Part shown: one piece after another, positions 37,303 through 47,490 of the stretch
How positions within the stretch are numbered: position 1 is the first letter of the stretch
Layout of the letters: every line of letters starts with the position of its first letter
Source of the DNA: Lysobacterales bacterium
Lineage (GTDB): Bacteria > Pseudomonadota > Gammaproteobacteria > Xanthomonadales > SZUA-5
Assembly: GCA_022844165.1 (NCBI GenBank)
Contig: JALHMH010000029.1
Location: 1-59,482 of the forward strand
Length of the DNA stretch: 59,482 bases
Direction: 5' to 3'
The notes under the pieces: generated by a model
What the model was told of the DNA's origin: nothing
The model's database searches: none
The model's input: only the letters and a program-made list of their open reading frames with translations
Made by a program: the position numbers and the translations under genes

Positions 37303-38357
37303 ACAGACACTGGCAACAACAGCGAAAACACTGTCGCTCCCGGACGCGAGGTAAAGGCCAGCGTGCCACCGTGCTCACGAGCGATCGCCAACGCCACCGG
37401 CAACCCTAATCCAGTGCCTTCAGTACGACCGGTCACAAACGGCAAGAACAGATGGTCGCGCACATCCTCGGGGACGCCGCCTCCATCGTCGATGACATCG
37501 ATTCGTATCGCCAATCGCTCGATCCGTTCGCCGATGCGCACGCGATGTTCGGCCCTGGTTCGCAAGTTGATCCGAGTCGCGCCGGCCTGCAGCGCGTTAC
37601 GCGCGAGATTTAGCAGCGCCTGGTGCAACCGATCTGCGTGTCCGGTGATGTCGGGCAAGCTCGGGTCATAATCGCGAACCACGACCGCACCACCTTCGGC
37701 CTCGGTCAGAGTACGCACGCGCTCCAGAACTTCATGGACGTTAAACAGCTCTCCTGTACGCAAACGATCGGGCGCCAACAGCAGCCGGTCGACCAGACGT
37801 CGGATGCGATCGACCTCAGTGCGAATCACCTGCGTGTACTCGGTCAAAGCGCGATTCGGCAACTCGCGCTCCAACAATTGAGCGGCGCCATGCAATCCGG
37901 CCAGTGGATTCTTGATCTCATGCGCCAGCGCGCGAGCGATTTGTTGCGCCGCCGGCTCTGGCGCCGGCAGCGCGCCCTCACCTAAGTCTTGATCCGCTTC
38001 GGCGAAGAGGTGAAATTCGACCATCGTGTCGCCACTGCGCAACGGCGTGACCTGGACATCGAATCGCCGTGGATGTCCTCGCTTCATTTCCAGCAGAAGC
38101 CGGCGCGCCACCAGTTGTTCGCCGCCCTCAATGGCACGATCGATCAATTCGAGCAGTGAGTCTGCGCCATACGCCAGCACCGCAACCGACTGCTGCACCA
38201 GCCGGCGCTCGCACAAGCCTTCGACCAGCGCCGCATTCGCTTTAACGATCACCCGCTGGCGGTTCACCACCGCCAGCGGAGTCTGCATCGCATCAAGCAA
38301 CTCCTCCGTACCCATCACGGTCTCTTCTCTGCCGCGAATGGCCCGGAGCAAACGCAT
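37299..38357 (-). CDS. ntrB: Nitrogen regulation histidine kinase NR(II)
   Basis: LAHEIKNPLAGLHGAAQLL, DYDPSLP, NLARNA, GTGLGL; between glnA and ntrC. Alternative start at 38315. Confidence 0.94.
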   Translation of the reverse strand: MRLLRAIRGREETVMGTEELLDAMQTPLAVVNRQRVIVKANAALVEGLCERRLVQQSVAVLAYGADSLLELIDRAIEGGEQLVARRLLLEMKRGHPRRFDVQVTPLRSGDTMVEFHLFAEADQDLGEGALPAPEPAAQQIARALAHEIKNPLAGLHGAAQLLERELPNRALTEYTQVIRTEVDRIRRLVDRLLLAPDRLRTGELFNVHEVLERVRTLTEAEGGAVVVRDYDPSLPDITGHADRLHQALLNLARNALQAGATRINLRTRAEHRVRIGERIERLAIRIDVIDDGGGVPEDVRDHLFLPFVTGRTEGTGLGLPVALAIAREHGGTLAFTSRPGATVFSLLLPVSV

Positions 38358-39766
38358 CAGATCGAGTAGTACTGGTTAATTTCGATCGGGTGTGTGTGCA
38401 TGCGCAATGCCGTGACTTCCTTCATCTTCAGTTCGATGTAACCGTCGATGAAATCGTCGCTCATCACGCCGCCCGCTTTCAGGAACTCACGGTCGGCATC
38501 GAGTGCATCGAGCGCCTGATCGAGCGAGTGGCACACGGTTGGGATCAGCTTTTCTTCCTCCGGCGGCAGATCGTACAAATCCTTGTCCGATGGCGCGCCC
38601 GGATCGAGTTTGTTTTTGATGCCATCGAGGCCCGCCATCATCAACGCGGTAAACGTGAGATACCCGGTGTTGATCGCATCCGGGAAGCGCACTTCGATGC
38701 GTCGAGCTTTGGGATTCGAGACCCACGGAATGCGACACGAGGCCGAGCGATTGCGCGCCGAGTAGGCGAGCAGCACCGGCGCTTCAAAGCCCGGCACGAG
38801 GCGCTTGTAGCTATTGGTCGTCGAGTTACTGAAGGCATTGATTGCGCGAGCATGCTTGAAGACACCGGCGATGTAATGCAGCGCCAGCTTCGACAGGCCG
38901 CCGTACTCGTTGCCGCTAAACAGGTTCTTGCCACCTTTGTTGATCGATTGGTGCACGTGCATGCCGGAACCGTTGTCGCCGACGATCGGCTTGGGCATGA
39001 AGGTGGCGGTATGACCATGTTGGTGCGCGATGTTCTTGACGACGTACTTCAGCGTCAGCAGTTCATCGGCTTTTTTGACCAGCGTGTTGAAGCGGGTGCC
39101 AATTTCGCACTGCCCAGCCGTGGCGACTTCATGATGATGGACTTCGACCGGGATGCCGAGCGCTTCGAGCGTCAGACACATCGCCGAACGCAAATCCTGG
39201 AACGAATCAACCGGACCGGTGGGAAAGTAACCGCCTTTGATGCCTGGGCGATGGCCGGTGTTGCCATGTTCGTATGCCTTGCCGGAGTTCCATGCCGCTT
39301 CTTCCGACTCGATTTCATAGAAGCTGCCTTTCATCGACACGTCGGAGCGCACGCTGTCGAAAATGAAGAACTCGGGTTCCGGTCCGAAAAACGCCGTGTC
39401 GCCCACACCGCTCGCCTTCAGGTAGGCTTCGGCGCGTTTGGCAATGCCACGCGGACAGCGGCTGTAGGGCTGCATCGTTGAAGGTTCCAGCACGTCGCAG
39501 CGCAGGACCAGCGTCGACTCGTCGGCGAACGGGTCGATGAATACGGTCGATGCGTCCGGCAGAAGCACCATGTCGGACTCGTTGATGCCTTTCCATCCGG
39601 CGATCGACGAACCGTCGAACATCTTGCCGTCCTCGAAACACGCTTCGTCCAGCGTCGACGCCGGGATCGACAAATGTTGCTCGCGCCCGGTCATATCGGC
39701 GAACCTGAGATCGGCGAACTTAACGCCGTTATCCTTTATGAGTTTTTTGACTTTTTCGACAGACAT
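38357..39766 (-). CDS. glnA: Glutamine synthetase type I
   Basis: [67 protein letters not shown]. Confidence 0.98.
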   Translation of the reverse strand: MSVEKVKKLIKDNGVKFADLRFADMTGREQHLSIPASTLDEACFEDGKMFDGSSIAGWKGINESDMVLLPDASTVFIDPFADESTLVLRCDVLEPSTMQPYSRCPRGIAKRAEAYLKASGVGDTAFFGPEPEFFIFDSVRSDVSMKGSFYEIESEEAAWNSGKAYEHGNTGHRPGIKGGYFPTGPVDSFQDLRSAMCLTLEALGIPVEVHHHEVATAGQCEIGTRFNTLVKKADELLTLKYVVKNIAHQHGHTATFMPKPIVGDNGSGMHVHQSINKGGKNLFSGNEYGGLSKLALHYIAGVFKHARAINAFSNSTTNSYKRLVPGFEAPVLLAYSARNRSASCRIPWVSNPKARRIEVRFPDAINTGYLTFTALMMAGLDGIKNKLDPGAPSDKDLYDLPPEEEKLIPTVCHSLDQALDALDADREFLKAGGVMSDDFIDGYIELKMKEVTALRMHTHPIEINQYYSI

Positions 39767-39810
39767 GAGGCCTCCATGGGGCGCGGATTGAAATGGTGCA
39801 CAGCAAGCAC

Positions 39811-39826
39811 AGCAATCGTTGTGCCA
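39811..39826 (-). promoter_or_regulatory. Sigma54 (-24/-12) promoter of glnA
   Basis: Minus strand reads TGGCAC-AACGA-TTGCT, matching the TGGCAC-N5-TTGC consensus. Confidence 0.88.
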
Positions 39827-39867
39827 TGCACAAAACGGCGTTGCGACCGAGAATCATCGCATCGCAT

Positions 39868-39915
39868 TGCTTCATTATGGTGCACGCGTGCGTCAACTTG
39901 CACCAATGAGGCGAT
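39868..39915. promoter_or_regulatory. Tandem NtrC enhancer sites
   Basis: TGCTTCATTATGGTGCA (39868-39884) and TGCACCAATGAGGCGAT (39899-39915), centres 31 bp apart; consensus TGCACCA-N3-TGGTGCA. Confidence 0.75.
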
Positions 39916-39978
39916 ACAGAACGCATTGTGCTGCGTTCGGATGGCTGCCACAAACCCTGAGCCCGGCGAGCGATCACC

Positions 39979-40617
39979 ATGAACACCTTAGAAGCCCTGC
40001 TTGAGCGCCGTCTCCGCGAGCTGGCTGTGAATCTGCCGGGCGATACACTGGCTCATTTGCTCAAGTATGTAGAGCTGCTCATGCGCTGGAACCAGACCTA
40101 TAACCTTACGGCGGTTCGCGAGCCATTGGCGATGATCGATCGCCACATCGTCGACTCATTGGCGGTGCTGCCGTATTGCCAGCGAACGGATTTGATCGAC
40201 ATCGGTACCGGACCCGGTGTTCCTGGCCTGGTGCTCGCACTGACTCAACCTTATGAGCAGGTGTGGTTAGTCGATAGTAATGGCAAGAAGGCGCGATTTC
40301 TGCGCGAGTGCCTGCGCCACTTCCCATTGCCTCAGGTGACGGTGCACGAGTGCCGTGCGGAACAGCTCCCGACGGCACAATTTGGCCAGATTATCTCGCG
40401 CGCGTACAGCGACCTGTCGACCTTTATTGCCAATACGCGTCAGTTGCTCGCGCGGGATGGTCGCTGGCTGGCAATGAAAGGAAAGATGCCGCATGCAGAA
40501 ATCGCGAAGCTTCCGGCAGATGTAGTGGTCGAGTCGAAAATCGCACTGCAGGTGCCTGGCGCAGACGGCGAGCGCTGCCTTGTGACGATCGGACGTCGCG
40601 CCGACCCGCATTCTTGA
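39979..40617 (+). CDS. rsmG: 16S rRNA m7G527 methyltransferase
   Basis: WNQTYNLTAVR, HIVDSL, DIGTGPGVPG, VDSNGKKARFL, ISRAY, LAMKG. Confidence 0.95.
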   Translation: MNTLEALLERRLRELAVNLPGDTLAHLLKYVELLMRWNQTYNLTAVREPLAMIDRHIVDSLAVLPYCQRTDLIDIGTGPGVPGLVLALTQPYEQVWLVDSNGKKARFLRECLRHFPLPQVTVHECRAEQLPTAQFGQIISRAYSDLSTFIANTRQLLARDGRWLAMKGKMPHAEIAKLPADVVVESKIALQVPGADGERCLVTIGRRADPHS

Positions 40618-40935
40618 CAGAGGGGAATCCACGACTGCAAACGCCCTGCGACTTGCCGCCGGGCCGTCGCGTTGGAATGTGGAGCGCGGGGTTGTGGCGA
40701 GTACGGTGTCGGACGAAGCCAGCAATGCTCGTCGGTCTGAGGCGAAGCCTCGCTAGCGTCCTGGATGGAGCTGGATCTTGTTAGTTGAGTCAAATGTCTT
40801 CGGAGCGGCTTTGGCTGTTGAAACCCCCTTAAATTAAGGGGGCGATCGAGCGCGCAGCGCTCAATGGGGGTTGTGGAAAGTACGGTGTCTGGCGAAGCCA
40901 GCAATGCTCGGCGGACTGAGGCGAAGCCTCGCTAG
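40609..40935 (+). repeat. Repeat family B, two tandem internally deleted copies (about 40609-40756 and 40757-40935)
   Basis: Both end in GAAGCCAGCAATGCTCG.CGG.CTGAGGCGAAGCCTCGCTAG; the last CTAG is the stop of the convergent GTPase gene. Confidence 0.82.
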
Positions 40936-42203
40936 GCTTTGAGCTTGGCAAGAATCTCTGCTCGTGCATCGCGCAAAATAGAATCGCGGTCGAGGTTTTT
41001 CAGAATCTCCTCGACAACGCGCTTGGGCCCGCGTTCGCCCCAACTCTTCCCGCCAACCAGATATGCCTGCGCTGCGCGTCCGGTGATGTAGGTGGCGAAG
41101 TAGGCCAGTGCACCCTGAGCACCGGCGGTCAGCGCGGTCGACAGACCCGCGCTGACACCCTTTAGCGCACTGACCAGCGCATTCACTCCCCAGATCGCCC
41201 CCATCAGCACCGCGACCTGTGCGGCAATTTTCAGCACCAGTTCGCCTGCTTCTGCCTTGGTCAGAGGTAGCCCATAGACTTGACTCAAATGCACGACGAG
41301 CGCGACATCGAGCCCGGCTGCAGCTGCGAGATCCGCCAGCGGAACGGGAGTTAAACCCACCGCCACACCCTTACCAAGCGCGTAATTGCGAATGAGCTTG
41401 TCCGCAACATCGCGGCGCACCTCGGTGATACGGGAACCGAGCTGATCGCTGATGCGACCGGCAAACAGACCTGCGTTCAACGCCGCCAATGTCTTGCCAT
41501 CGTTAGACAACACCTCGACGATCGCCTGGCGCACGGCATTGACGTCCGCCAACGGCTGCTCAAAGGTTTCTCGCTCGCGGCTTTCGGCATCCATGCGAAT
41601 GACTCGGCGCCTGGACGGCAGTGCGCTGGCCGTCAGTACGTGTTCGGCGCGCACGAATCCCCGCGAATGCTCGCGCAAACGCTCGAGCAATGCGCCAACC
41701 TCGGTTGATGAGTAGCGATCCGCCTTATTCAGGACCAACAACATTGGCCGGTCGATTCGAGACAGTTCGCGCAGCGCTTGCGCCTCGACGGCAGTCAAGT
41801 CGCCATCGACCACGAAAATCACCAGATCTGAGCGCCCTGCAACTTCGTGCGCCAACTTCTCACGCGCCTGACCGTCGATTTCGTTGATCCCGGGCGTATC
41901 GATCAGATGCACTCTGGCGCCGTCGATCGTGGTCCAATGCGTGCTCTCCCGTGTGGTGGTCGTGCCATGCAGCACACCCACCTTGAACGCCTCACTTCCG
42001 GCCAATGCATTCAATAGCGCCGACTTGCCAACGCTAACGCGTCCAAACACCGCCACATGGATGGCACGTTGGTTCAGCTTTTCGATCAGAGCCTCAATCT
42101 CCAGGAACTCAGGTGCCAGCGCCTCACGCACTTCCCTGGGCAGCGACGGATCGTCGATCAAAGCTCGTAACGAATCTACAGTTTGAGCGAGCGGTTCAGT
42201 CAT
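40932..42203 (-). CDS. Era-like GTP-binding protein with C-terminal DUF697-like domain
   Basis: GRVSVGKS, DTPG, NKAD motifs; hydrophobic C-terminus PVPLADL..LSQVYG..GKSWGERGPK. Confidence 0.85.
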   Translation of the reverse strand: MTEPLAQTVDSLRALIDDPSLPREVREALAPEFLEIEALIEKLNQRAIHVAVFGRVSVGKSALLNALAGSEAFKVGVLHGTTTTRESTHWTTIDGARVHLIDTPGINEIDGQAREKLAHEVAGRSDLVIFVVDGDLTAVEAQALRELSRIDRPMLLVLNKADRYSSTEVGALLERLREHSRGFVRAEHVLTASALPSRRRVIRMDAESRERETFEQPLADVNAVRQAIVEVLSNDGKTLAALNAGLFAGRISDQLGSRITEVRRDVADKLIRNYALGKGVAVGLTPVPLADLAAAAGLDVALVVHLSQVYGLPLTKAEAGELVLKIAAQVAVLMGAIWGVNALVSALKGVSAGLSTALTAGAQGALAYFATYITGRAAQAYLVGGKSWGERGPKRVVEEILKNLDRDSILRDARAEILAKLKA

Positions 42204-42300
42204 GGTGATCGGCGCTTTGACGGTGCTCGCGCAAGTATGGCCGCAAAGTCGCAGTTGCAACAAAACATCGCGATTACCCAAGAACCGCTAACATCTGCGT

Positions 42301-42915
42301 ATGACCGAACAATCACAATCCAGATGGCCGCCATTTGTGCTGCGCGCAATCGAGCGCTCTTTGAACATGGCGCTAAGCCTTGATCCCGACAGCGCCGAAA
42401 CACTCGCCGCCTTAGACGGAAAGCGTGTGGCGCTGATGCTCAAACCGCTACGAACGCCGGTCATTCTGACATTACGCGAAGGCGCACTCATCGCCAGCGA
42501 CGAAGGCGAATCTGACCTGGCGATCAGTGCAACGCCAGGCGCGGTACTGTCCATGCTGGCAGAGCGTGGTGGCCTCGAATTGCCAGCCGGGAAAATCAGC
42601 CTGTCGGGCGACGTCGATCTGGCCCGGCGACTGCAAAGAGCCGCCGAGCGGCTCAACCCGGATTGGGACGCCCCGATCGCGCGTCTGTTTGGCGACGTCG
42701 CGGGTCATCAGATCGCAAAAGGCCTGCGTGGGTTGTTCGACTACGCGCGCAGCAGTGCGCAGTCGATGCTGCACAACACCACCGAGTACTTGCGCGAAGA
42801 ATCGCGCGATCTGATCGCCAGCGGCGAACTTGCGGAATTCACAGATGCAGTCGATGCATTGCGCGACGACGTCGAGCGGGCGGCCGCGCGTCTCGATCGC
42901 CTGGCGAAACGCTGA
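42301..42915 (+). CDS. ubiJ: Ubiquinone biosynthesis accessory factor (SCP2 domain)
   Basis: LNMALSLDP, ISLSGDV, PDW..FGDVAGH, EYLREE, LRDDVER; directly upstream of ubiB. Confidence 0.9.
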   Translation: MTEQSQSRWPPFVLRAIERSLNMALSLDPDSAETLAALDGKRVALMLKPLRTPVILTLREGALIASDEGESDLAISATPGAVLSMLAERGGLELPAGKISLSGDVDLARRLQRAAERLNPDWDAPIARLFGDVAGHQIAKGLRGLFDYARSSAQSMLHNTTEYLREESRDLIASGELAEFTDAVDALRDDVERAAARLDRLAKR

Positions 42916-44585
42916 TGCGCTTTAAGTCGATACAAGCAGCCCTGAGCGTCTGGCGCATTGCACGAGTGCTGGTGCGGTATCGGCTCGACGAAGTCACACC
43001 CGCTGCGCGTTTGTTCACGCCACTGACGTGGATGCGTGCACTGAGTGTCGACACCATCGGCGCAGCAACCATGAAGCGCGGCGAGCGACTGCGGAGAGCG
43101 CTTGAAGCGCTGGGGCCGATATTCGTCAAGTTTGGCCAGGTACTATCGACTCGCCGCGACCTCTTACCAGCCGATGTCGCAGATGAGTTGGAACAGTTGC
43201 AAGATCGCGTGGCGCCGTTTCCGGGCGTTCAGGCGCGTGCGCTGATCGAAGCCGAACTTGGGGCGAAAATTGAGCAGCACTACGCTTTTTTCGATGAGAC
43301 ACCGCTCGCCTCTGCATCGATTGCGCAAGTGCACGCGGCACGCCTCAAGGAAGATGGCCGCGACGTCGTCATCAAGGTCCTGCGGCCGGAGATCGGCGAG
43401 CGAATCGAGGGCGATCTGGCGCTGCTGAAGACGATTGCGCGCATTGCCGATCGCCGTCTGCCGCAAGCGCAGCGCATTCGCCCGATCGATGTGGTCGCCG
43501 AGATCGAACGCACGCTTCTATTGGAACTGGATTTGATGCGTGAGGCGGCGAACGGCAGCCTGTTGCGTCGCAACTGGCTCGGCTCCAGGGAGCTGTATGT
43601 TCCTGAAATGATCTGGCCGCTGACCAAGACGCGGATGATCACGATGGAACGCGTCTACGGCATCCCGCTGAACGACATCGAGTCGCTGCGTGCCGCGGGC
43701 GTGGACTTTGAGCGCCTTGCCAAACGTGCAATACAGCTGTTTTACACGCAGGTGTTTCGCGACAACTTTTTCCATGCAGATCTGCACCCAGGCAATGTGT
43801 TGATCGCCCGCGAAAATCCGGCGGATCCGAAGTTCATTGCCCTTGATTTCGGCATCATGGGTACGCTGTCGCCGACCGATCAGCGCTACCTCGCCGAGAA
43901 CTTCACCGCAATGTTCACGCAGGACTATCGGCGTATTGCTGAACTGCATATCGAGGCCGGCTGGATGCCCGCGCATGTGCGGGTCGACGATCTCGAAGGT
44001 GCTGTACGCGGCGTTTGCGAGCCTTACTTTACGCGCCCATTGAGCCAGATTTCGCTTGGCGAAGTGCTGATGAAGCTCTTTGGCGTCGCGCACCAGTACC
44101 AGTTGATCATCCAGCCGCAGTTGATATTGCTGCAAAAGACACTGCTCAACATCGAAGGCCTGGCACGCACCCTGTTCCCGACCCTCGATTTATGGGCTGT
44201 TGCCAAACCAGTGCTCGCTCAGATCATGGCGGAGAAATACAGTGTCCAGGCGGCTGCCAGGGAGATTCGCACACGGCTGCCCAGCTGGATCCAGAACGCG
44301 CCGGAGATTCCGCGTCTGTTGCACGAGTACTTGAAGCAAGGTGTCGGGGGAGAACATCAACTGCGCATGCGTTCCCCAGACATCGAGAAGCTCATTGAGG
44401 TCACGCGTCAGGGGCAGCGGCAGACCGTATTGGCGATACTCGGCAGCGGGCTCGTTATCGTGGCTGCCTTGATGTATGCCTTCGAGGCTGGCGGACCGAA
44501 GTTTCTGGAATTGCCACTCGCGACGCTGATTGCCGCCCTTGGCGGCCTATGGGCCTTTGTTGCCGCATGGCCGGGCCGGCGCTGA
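42915..44585 (+). CDS. ubiB: Ubiquinone biosynthesis protein kinase-like protein
   Basis: LGPIFVKFGQVLSTRRDL, ASASIAQVH, FFHADLHPGN, LDFGIMG; TGATG overlap with ubiJ. Confidence 0.95.
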   Translation: MRFKSIQAALSVWRIARVLVRYRLDEVTPAARLFTPLTWMRALSVDTIGAATMKRGERLRRALEALGPIFVKFGQVLSTRRDLLPADVADELEQLQDRVAPFPGVQARALIEAELGAKIEQHYAFFDETPLASASIAQVHAARLKEDGRDVVIKVLRPEIGERIEGDLALLKTIARIADRRLPQAQRIRPIDVVAEIERTLLLELDLMREAANGSLLRRNWLGSRELYVPEMIWPLTKTRMITMERVYGIPLNDIESLRAAGVDFERLAKRAIQLFYTQVFRDNFFHADLHPGNVLIARENPADPKFIALDFGIMGTLSPTDQRYLAENFTAMFTQDYRRIAELHIEAGWMPAHVRVDDLEGAVRGVCEPYFTRPLSQISLGEVLMKLFGVAHQYQLIIQPQLILLQKTLLNIEGLARTLFPTLDLWAVAKPVLAQIMAEKYSVQAAAREIRTRLPSWIQNAPEIPRLLHEYLKQGVGGEHQLRMRSPDIEKLIEVTRQGQRQTVLAILGSGLVIVAALMYAFEAGGPKFLELPLATLIAALGGLWAFVAAWPGRR

Positions 44586-44668
44586 ACCGGCCTTTCGTCA
44601 ACGCAATGCCCGAGTAGTGTGCTTCCGGCTCCGGTTATGATTCTCGCCATTCGCTTCGGGTGCCTCAT

Positions 44669-46135
44669 ATGACGATCGATCTTAACGCGTTGCGCGACCA
44701 GGGCATGACACGCGTCCCCGTGGTGCGCCACGTGCGCGCCGACCTCGACACGCCGCTGTCGGCATATCTGAAGCTGATTGACGCACCGGATGCGTATTTG
44801 CTGGAGTCGGTTGAAGGCAGCGATGTTTGGGGACGCTACTCGATCATCGGCCTGCCGGCACGCGAACGCATTGACGTGCGTGGCAACCTATGGTCTCGGT
44901 TTGTCGATGGCACTCGTGTCGAGTCGCGCGAAGTGGAAGATCCTCTGGCGGAAATTCGCGCGCTGTTGCGTGCAGAGAAGGTGCCCTCGCATCCTGACCT
45001 GCCAGCCTTCGCCGGCGGCTGGGTGTGTTGCTTCGGTTTCGAAACGTTGGCCTACATCGAAGCGCGCTTGAAGAGCCCACAAAAAGACGAATTGGGCACA
45101 CCGGATATTGTGTTGCTGCGCTCGGAAGAACTGGCGGTGTTCGACAATCGGCGTGGTCGCTTGTCGTTGATTGTGCACGCCGATACAGCCGAAGACGGCG
45201 CCATTGAACGCGCCGAACGCCGACTGGATCGCCTGCACCGCCGATTGCGTTCGCCAGCGCCTGGCTATCCCGAAGTGCTCGATCCAATCGCACTGGAGGA
45301 AGGTGAGTTCAAGTCAGGGATGACGCGCGATGCCTTCGAATCCGCGGTGCGCCGTTGCCAGGAATTTATCCTCGCCGGCGATGCCTTTCAGATCGTACTC
45401 AGTCAGCGCATGAGCGTGCCTTTCAAGGCGCGCCCGATCGACGTCTACCGCGCGCTGCGCAGCCTCAACCCATCGCCATACATGTATTTCATCGAACTAT
45501 CCGACTGCCATATCGTCGGCTCGTCGCCTGAAATCCTGGTGCGTTTGAAAGACAACGAAGTGGTGGTCCGCCCGATTGCCGGCACACTGCCACGCGGCAC
45601 CGATTCGGCAAGCGATGAGGCCAACGCCCTGGCGCTGCTGAATGACCCGAAAGAGCGCGCCGAACATCTCATGTTGATCGACCTGGGCCGGAACGATGTG
45701 GGTCGCGTCGCACAATCCGGCACCGTTCGGCTCACGGATCAGATGATCATCGAGCGTTACTCGCATGTGATGCACATTGTCTCCCAGGTCGTCGGTCAGC
45801 TGCGCGGCGATCTTGACATCATCGACGTGCTGCGCGCCACCTTCCCCGCTGGCACGCTCTCGGGCGCACCCAAGGTGCGCGCGGTGGAGATCATCCAGTC
45901 TTTGGAGCCGGTGAAACGCAACCTTTACGGCGGCGCCGTGGGTTATATCAACTGGCAAGGAGAGGCCGACCTTGCCATCGCCATCCGGACCGCACTGATC
46001 AAAGACCAAACGCTGCATGTGCAAGCCGGTGCCGGCATCGTGGCCGACTCTGACCCGGCCAAAGAATGGGAAGAAACCATGAACAAGGGGCGAGCGGTTT
46101 TTCGCGCCGTGGCCGAAGCCGTCCGCGGACTATAA
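44669..46135 (+). CDS. trpE: Anthranilate synthase component I
   Basis: ADLDTPLSAYLK, GRYSIIG, FQIVLSQR, NPSPYMY, EHLMLIDLGRND, TFPAGTLSGAPK, EWEETMNK. Confidence 0.96.
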   Translation: MTIDLNALRDQGMTRVPVVRHVRADLDTPLSAYLKLIDAPDAYLLESVEGSDVWGRYSIIGLPARERIDVRGNLWSRFVDGTRVESREVEDPLAEIRALLRAEKVPSHPDLPAFAGGWVCCFGFETLAYIEARLKSPQKDELGTPDIVLLRSEELAVFDNRRGRLSLIVHADTAEDGAIERAERRLDRLHRRLRSPAPGYPEVLDPIALEEGEFKSGMTRDAFESAVRRCQEFILAGDAFQIVLSQRMSVPFKARPIDVYRALRSLNPSPYMYFIELSDCHIVGSSPEILVRLKDNEVVVRPIAGTLPRGTDSASDEANALALLNDPKERAEHLMLIDLGRNDVGRVAQSGTVRLTDQMIIERYSHVMHIVSQVVGQLRGDLDIIDVLRATFPAGTLSGAPKVRAVEIIQSLEPVKRNLYGGAVGYINWQGEADLAIAIRTALIKDQTLHVQAGAGIVADSDPAKEWEETMNKGRAVFRAVAEAVRGL

Positions 46136-46145
46136 AGACCAGCAA

Positions 46146-46586
46146 TTACCGCGAACGACCTTCACGACCGGCCGCATCATGGTCGCGCACGCTGCGCGCT
46201 ACCAGACCGATTCCGACAGCCACCATGCCCAGCATCATCAGGGTGTTGTAGAGGCTGGTTGGGGCGAAGTAGACGCGCAGATTGGCGATCACGCCAGCGA
46301 CAATAACGATGACACCCGCGGACACCAGCAGCCAACCCATCTTCGATTTACCGTCGTAGAAAACGATGCCGAGTCCGAGCAAGAACGGTACCAGCGACAG
46401 TCCAAAACTGTTGTAGCCCCATAATGTCCAACTGCCCCCGGTCACAATCACCTGTTGCAGGAACAAATAGCCGCCAGCAACCAGCAATCCCAGACCCACT
46501 AGAAACTCGCCCAAACCGCCAGGTGTCCCGCCTGCACCACGCATCGTTTCGCCTCCGTGCTCTTCGCCCTCTTCAGTATCAGCCAT
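46146..46586 (-). CDS. Hypothetical integral membrane protein (about four helices)
   Basis: GAGGTPGG leader followed by hydrophobic segments; overlaps the upstream small gene. Confidence 0.75.
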   Translation of the reverse strand: MADTEEGEEHGGETMRGAGGTPGGLGEFLVGLGLLVAGGYLFLQQVIVTGGSWTLWGYNSFGLSLVPFLLGLGIVFYDGKSKMGWLLVSAGVIVIVAGVIANLRVYFAPTSLYNTLMMLGMVAVGIGLVARSVRDHDAAGREGRSR

Positions 46587-46797
46587 TCGGCGTCGGCAAG
46601 CGATCCTCGTTCGACTTGGCCTCCTGCCAACGAGCCAGAATCAGAGTTGCCAGTCCCAGCAGTATTTCATCAATAAATGGCACAAAGTCAGGAATGGCGA
46701 CGTTGACCAGGAACAAGACGGCTGTCAGTGCGAGCAGCTTAGGAAAGCGCAAGCCCTTGGCCCAGACAATCAATGGAGATATGAACCAGGTCGCCAT
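46579..46797 (-). CDS. Small membrane protein, DUF6116-like
   Basis: LRFPKL..LF..IPDFVPFIDEILLGLATL motif; GAGG RBS before the ATG. Confidence 0.7.
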   Translation of the reverse strand: MATWFISPLIVWAKGLRFPKLLALTAVLFLVNVAIPDFVPFIDEILLGLATLILARWQEAKSNEDRLPTPNG

Positions 46798-46910
46798 TTT
46801 TTCCTCGACTGTGTCAGTTGGCGCCAACCATTCCCGTCGGAGACAGGATCGGCATCTGAGATATGGGGATGCTATGGTGTTCGCCGCAAAATGTCTGCCT
46901 TCGGAGAGTC

Positions 46911-47369
46911 ATGAAAACAACCACCGCAGAGCTCGCTGAACGCTGGTTCGGCATGGTCTGGAATGCGCGCCAGCGACATCAGATCGACGAATGGATGGAT
47001 GAGCGTGTACAGGGTTTTTCGGGCGGCCAGACAATCGTCGGTCGTGAGACTTGGAAAATCGGTGTGTACGACGTCTTTGTTGCGGCCTTTCCGGACTTGC
47101 GCTTTGAGTGCCTGACCGTGATGGGGAACGACAACGAAGCGATGGTCAGATGGGTGTTTACCGGAACGCACACGGGCACGGGGCTGGGTGAGGCTACGGG
47201 GCAGCGGATCGAATTGCCCGGTTTCACGTGGCAACGCTTTGCCAACCAGCGAATCGTCGAGGGTCGGGATGGCTTCGATGCCACAGGCCTGAGAATGGCA
47301 CTCGCAAGCGGCGAATCTCAAGTGGACGTTTCGATTGTGGCGGCAAGCTCGTCGCTCGCCGCCACTTAG
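46911..47369 (+). CDS. SnoaL-like ester cyclase (NTF2 fold)
   Basis: AFPDLRF, VRWVFTGTHTG..LG..ATGQRI..G; GGAG RBS. Confidence 0.82.
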   Translation: MKTTTAELAERWFGMVWNARQRHQIDEWMDERVQGFSGGQTIVGRETWKIGVYDVFVAAFPDLRFECLTVMGNDNEAMVRWVFTGTHTGTGLGEATGQRIELPGFTWQRFANQRIVEGRDGFDATGLRMALASGESQVDVSIVAASSSLAAT

Positions 47370-47390
47370 ACCGCTCAGCCAAGTCTTCCA

Positions 47391-47490
47391 GTTGGCTGTG
47401 AGAAACCGCCTGCTGGTGCGAACCAAGGATGGTTCTTACATGGATCAAGCACGTGAGAAATGCGCAGAAAGTGCATGTCTCAACAACATG
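47391..47490 (-). mobile_element. MITE-like repeat family A, inverted and internally deleted copy
   Basis: Reverse complement CATGTTGTTGAGACATGCACTT..CCATGTAAGAACCATCCTTGGTTCGCAC..GCAGGCGGTTTCTC matches copies 1 and 2; abuts TTAG, which holds the autotransporter stop. Confidence 0.7.

Noticed and set aside
40609-40935. Tandem repeats as a CRISPR array
   Set aside because: Only two units, irregular length, homologous interiors, dispersed copies elsewhere and no cas genes.
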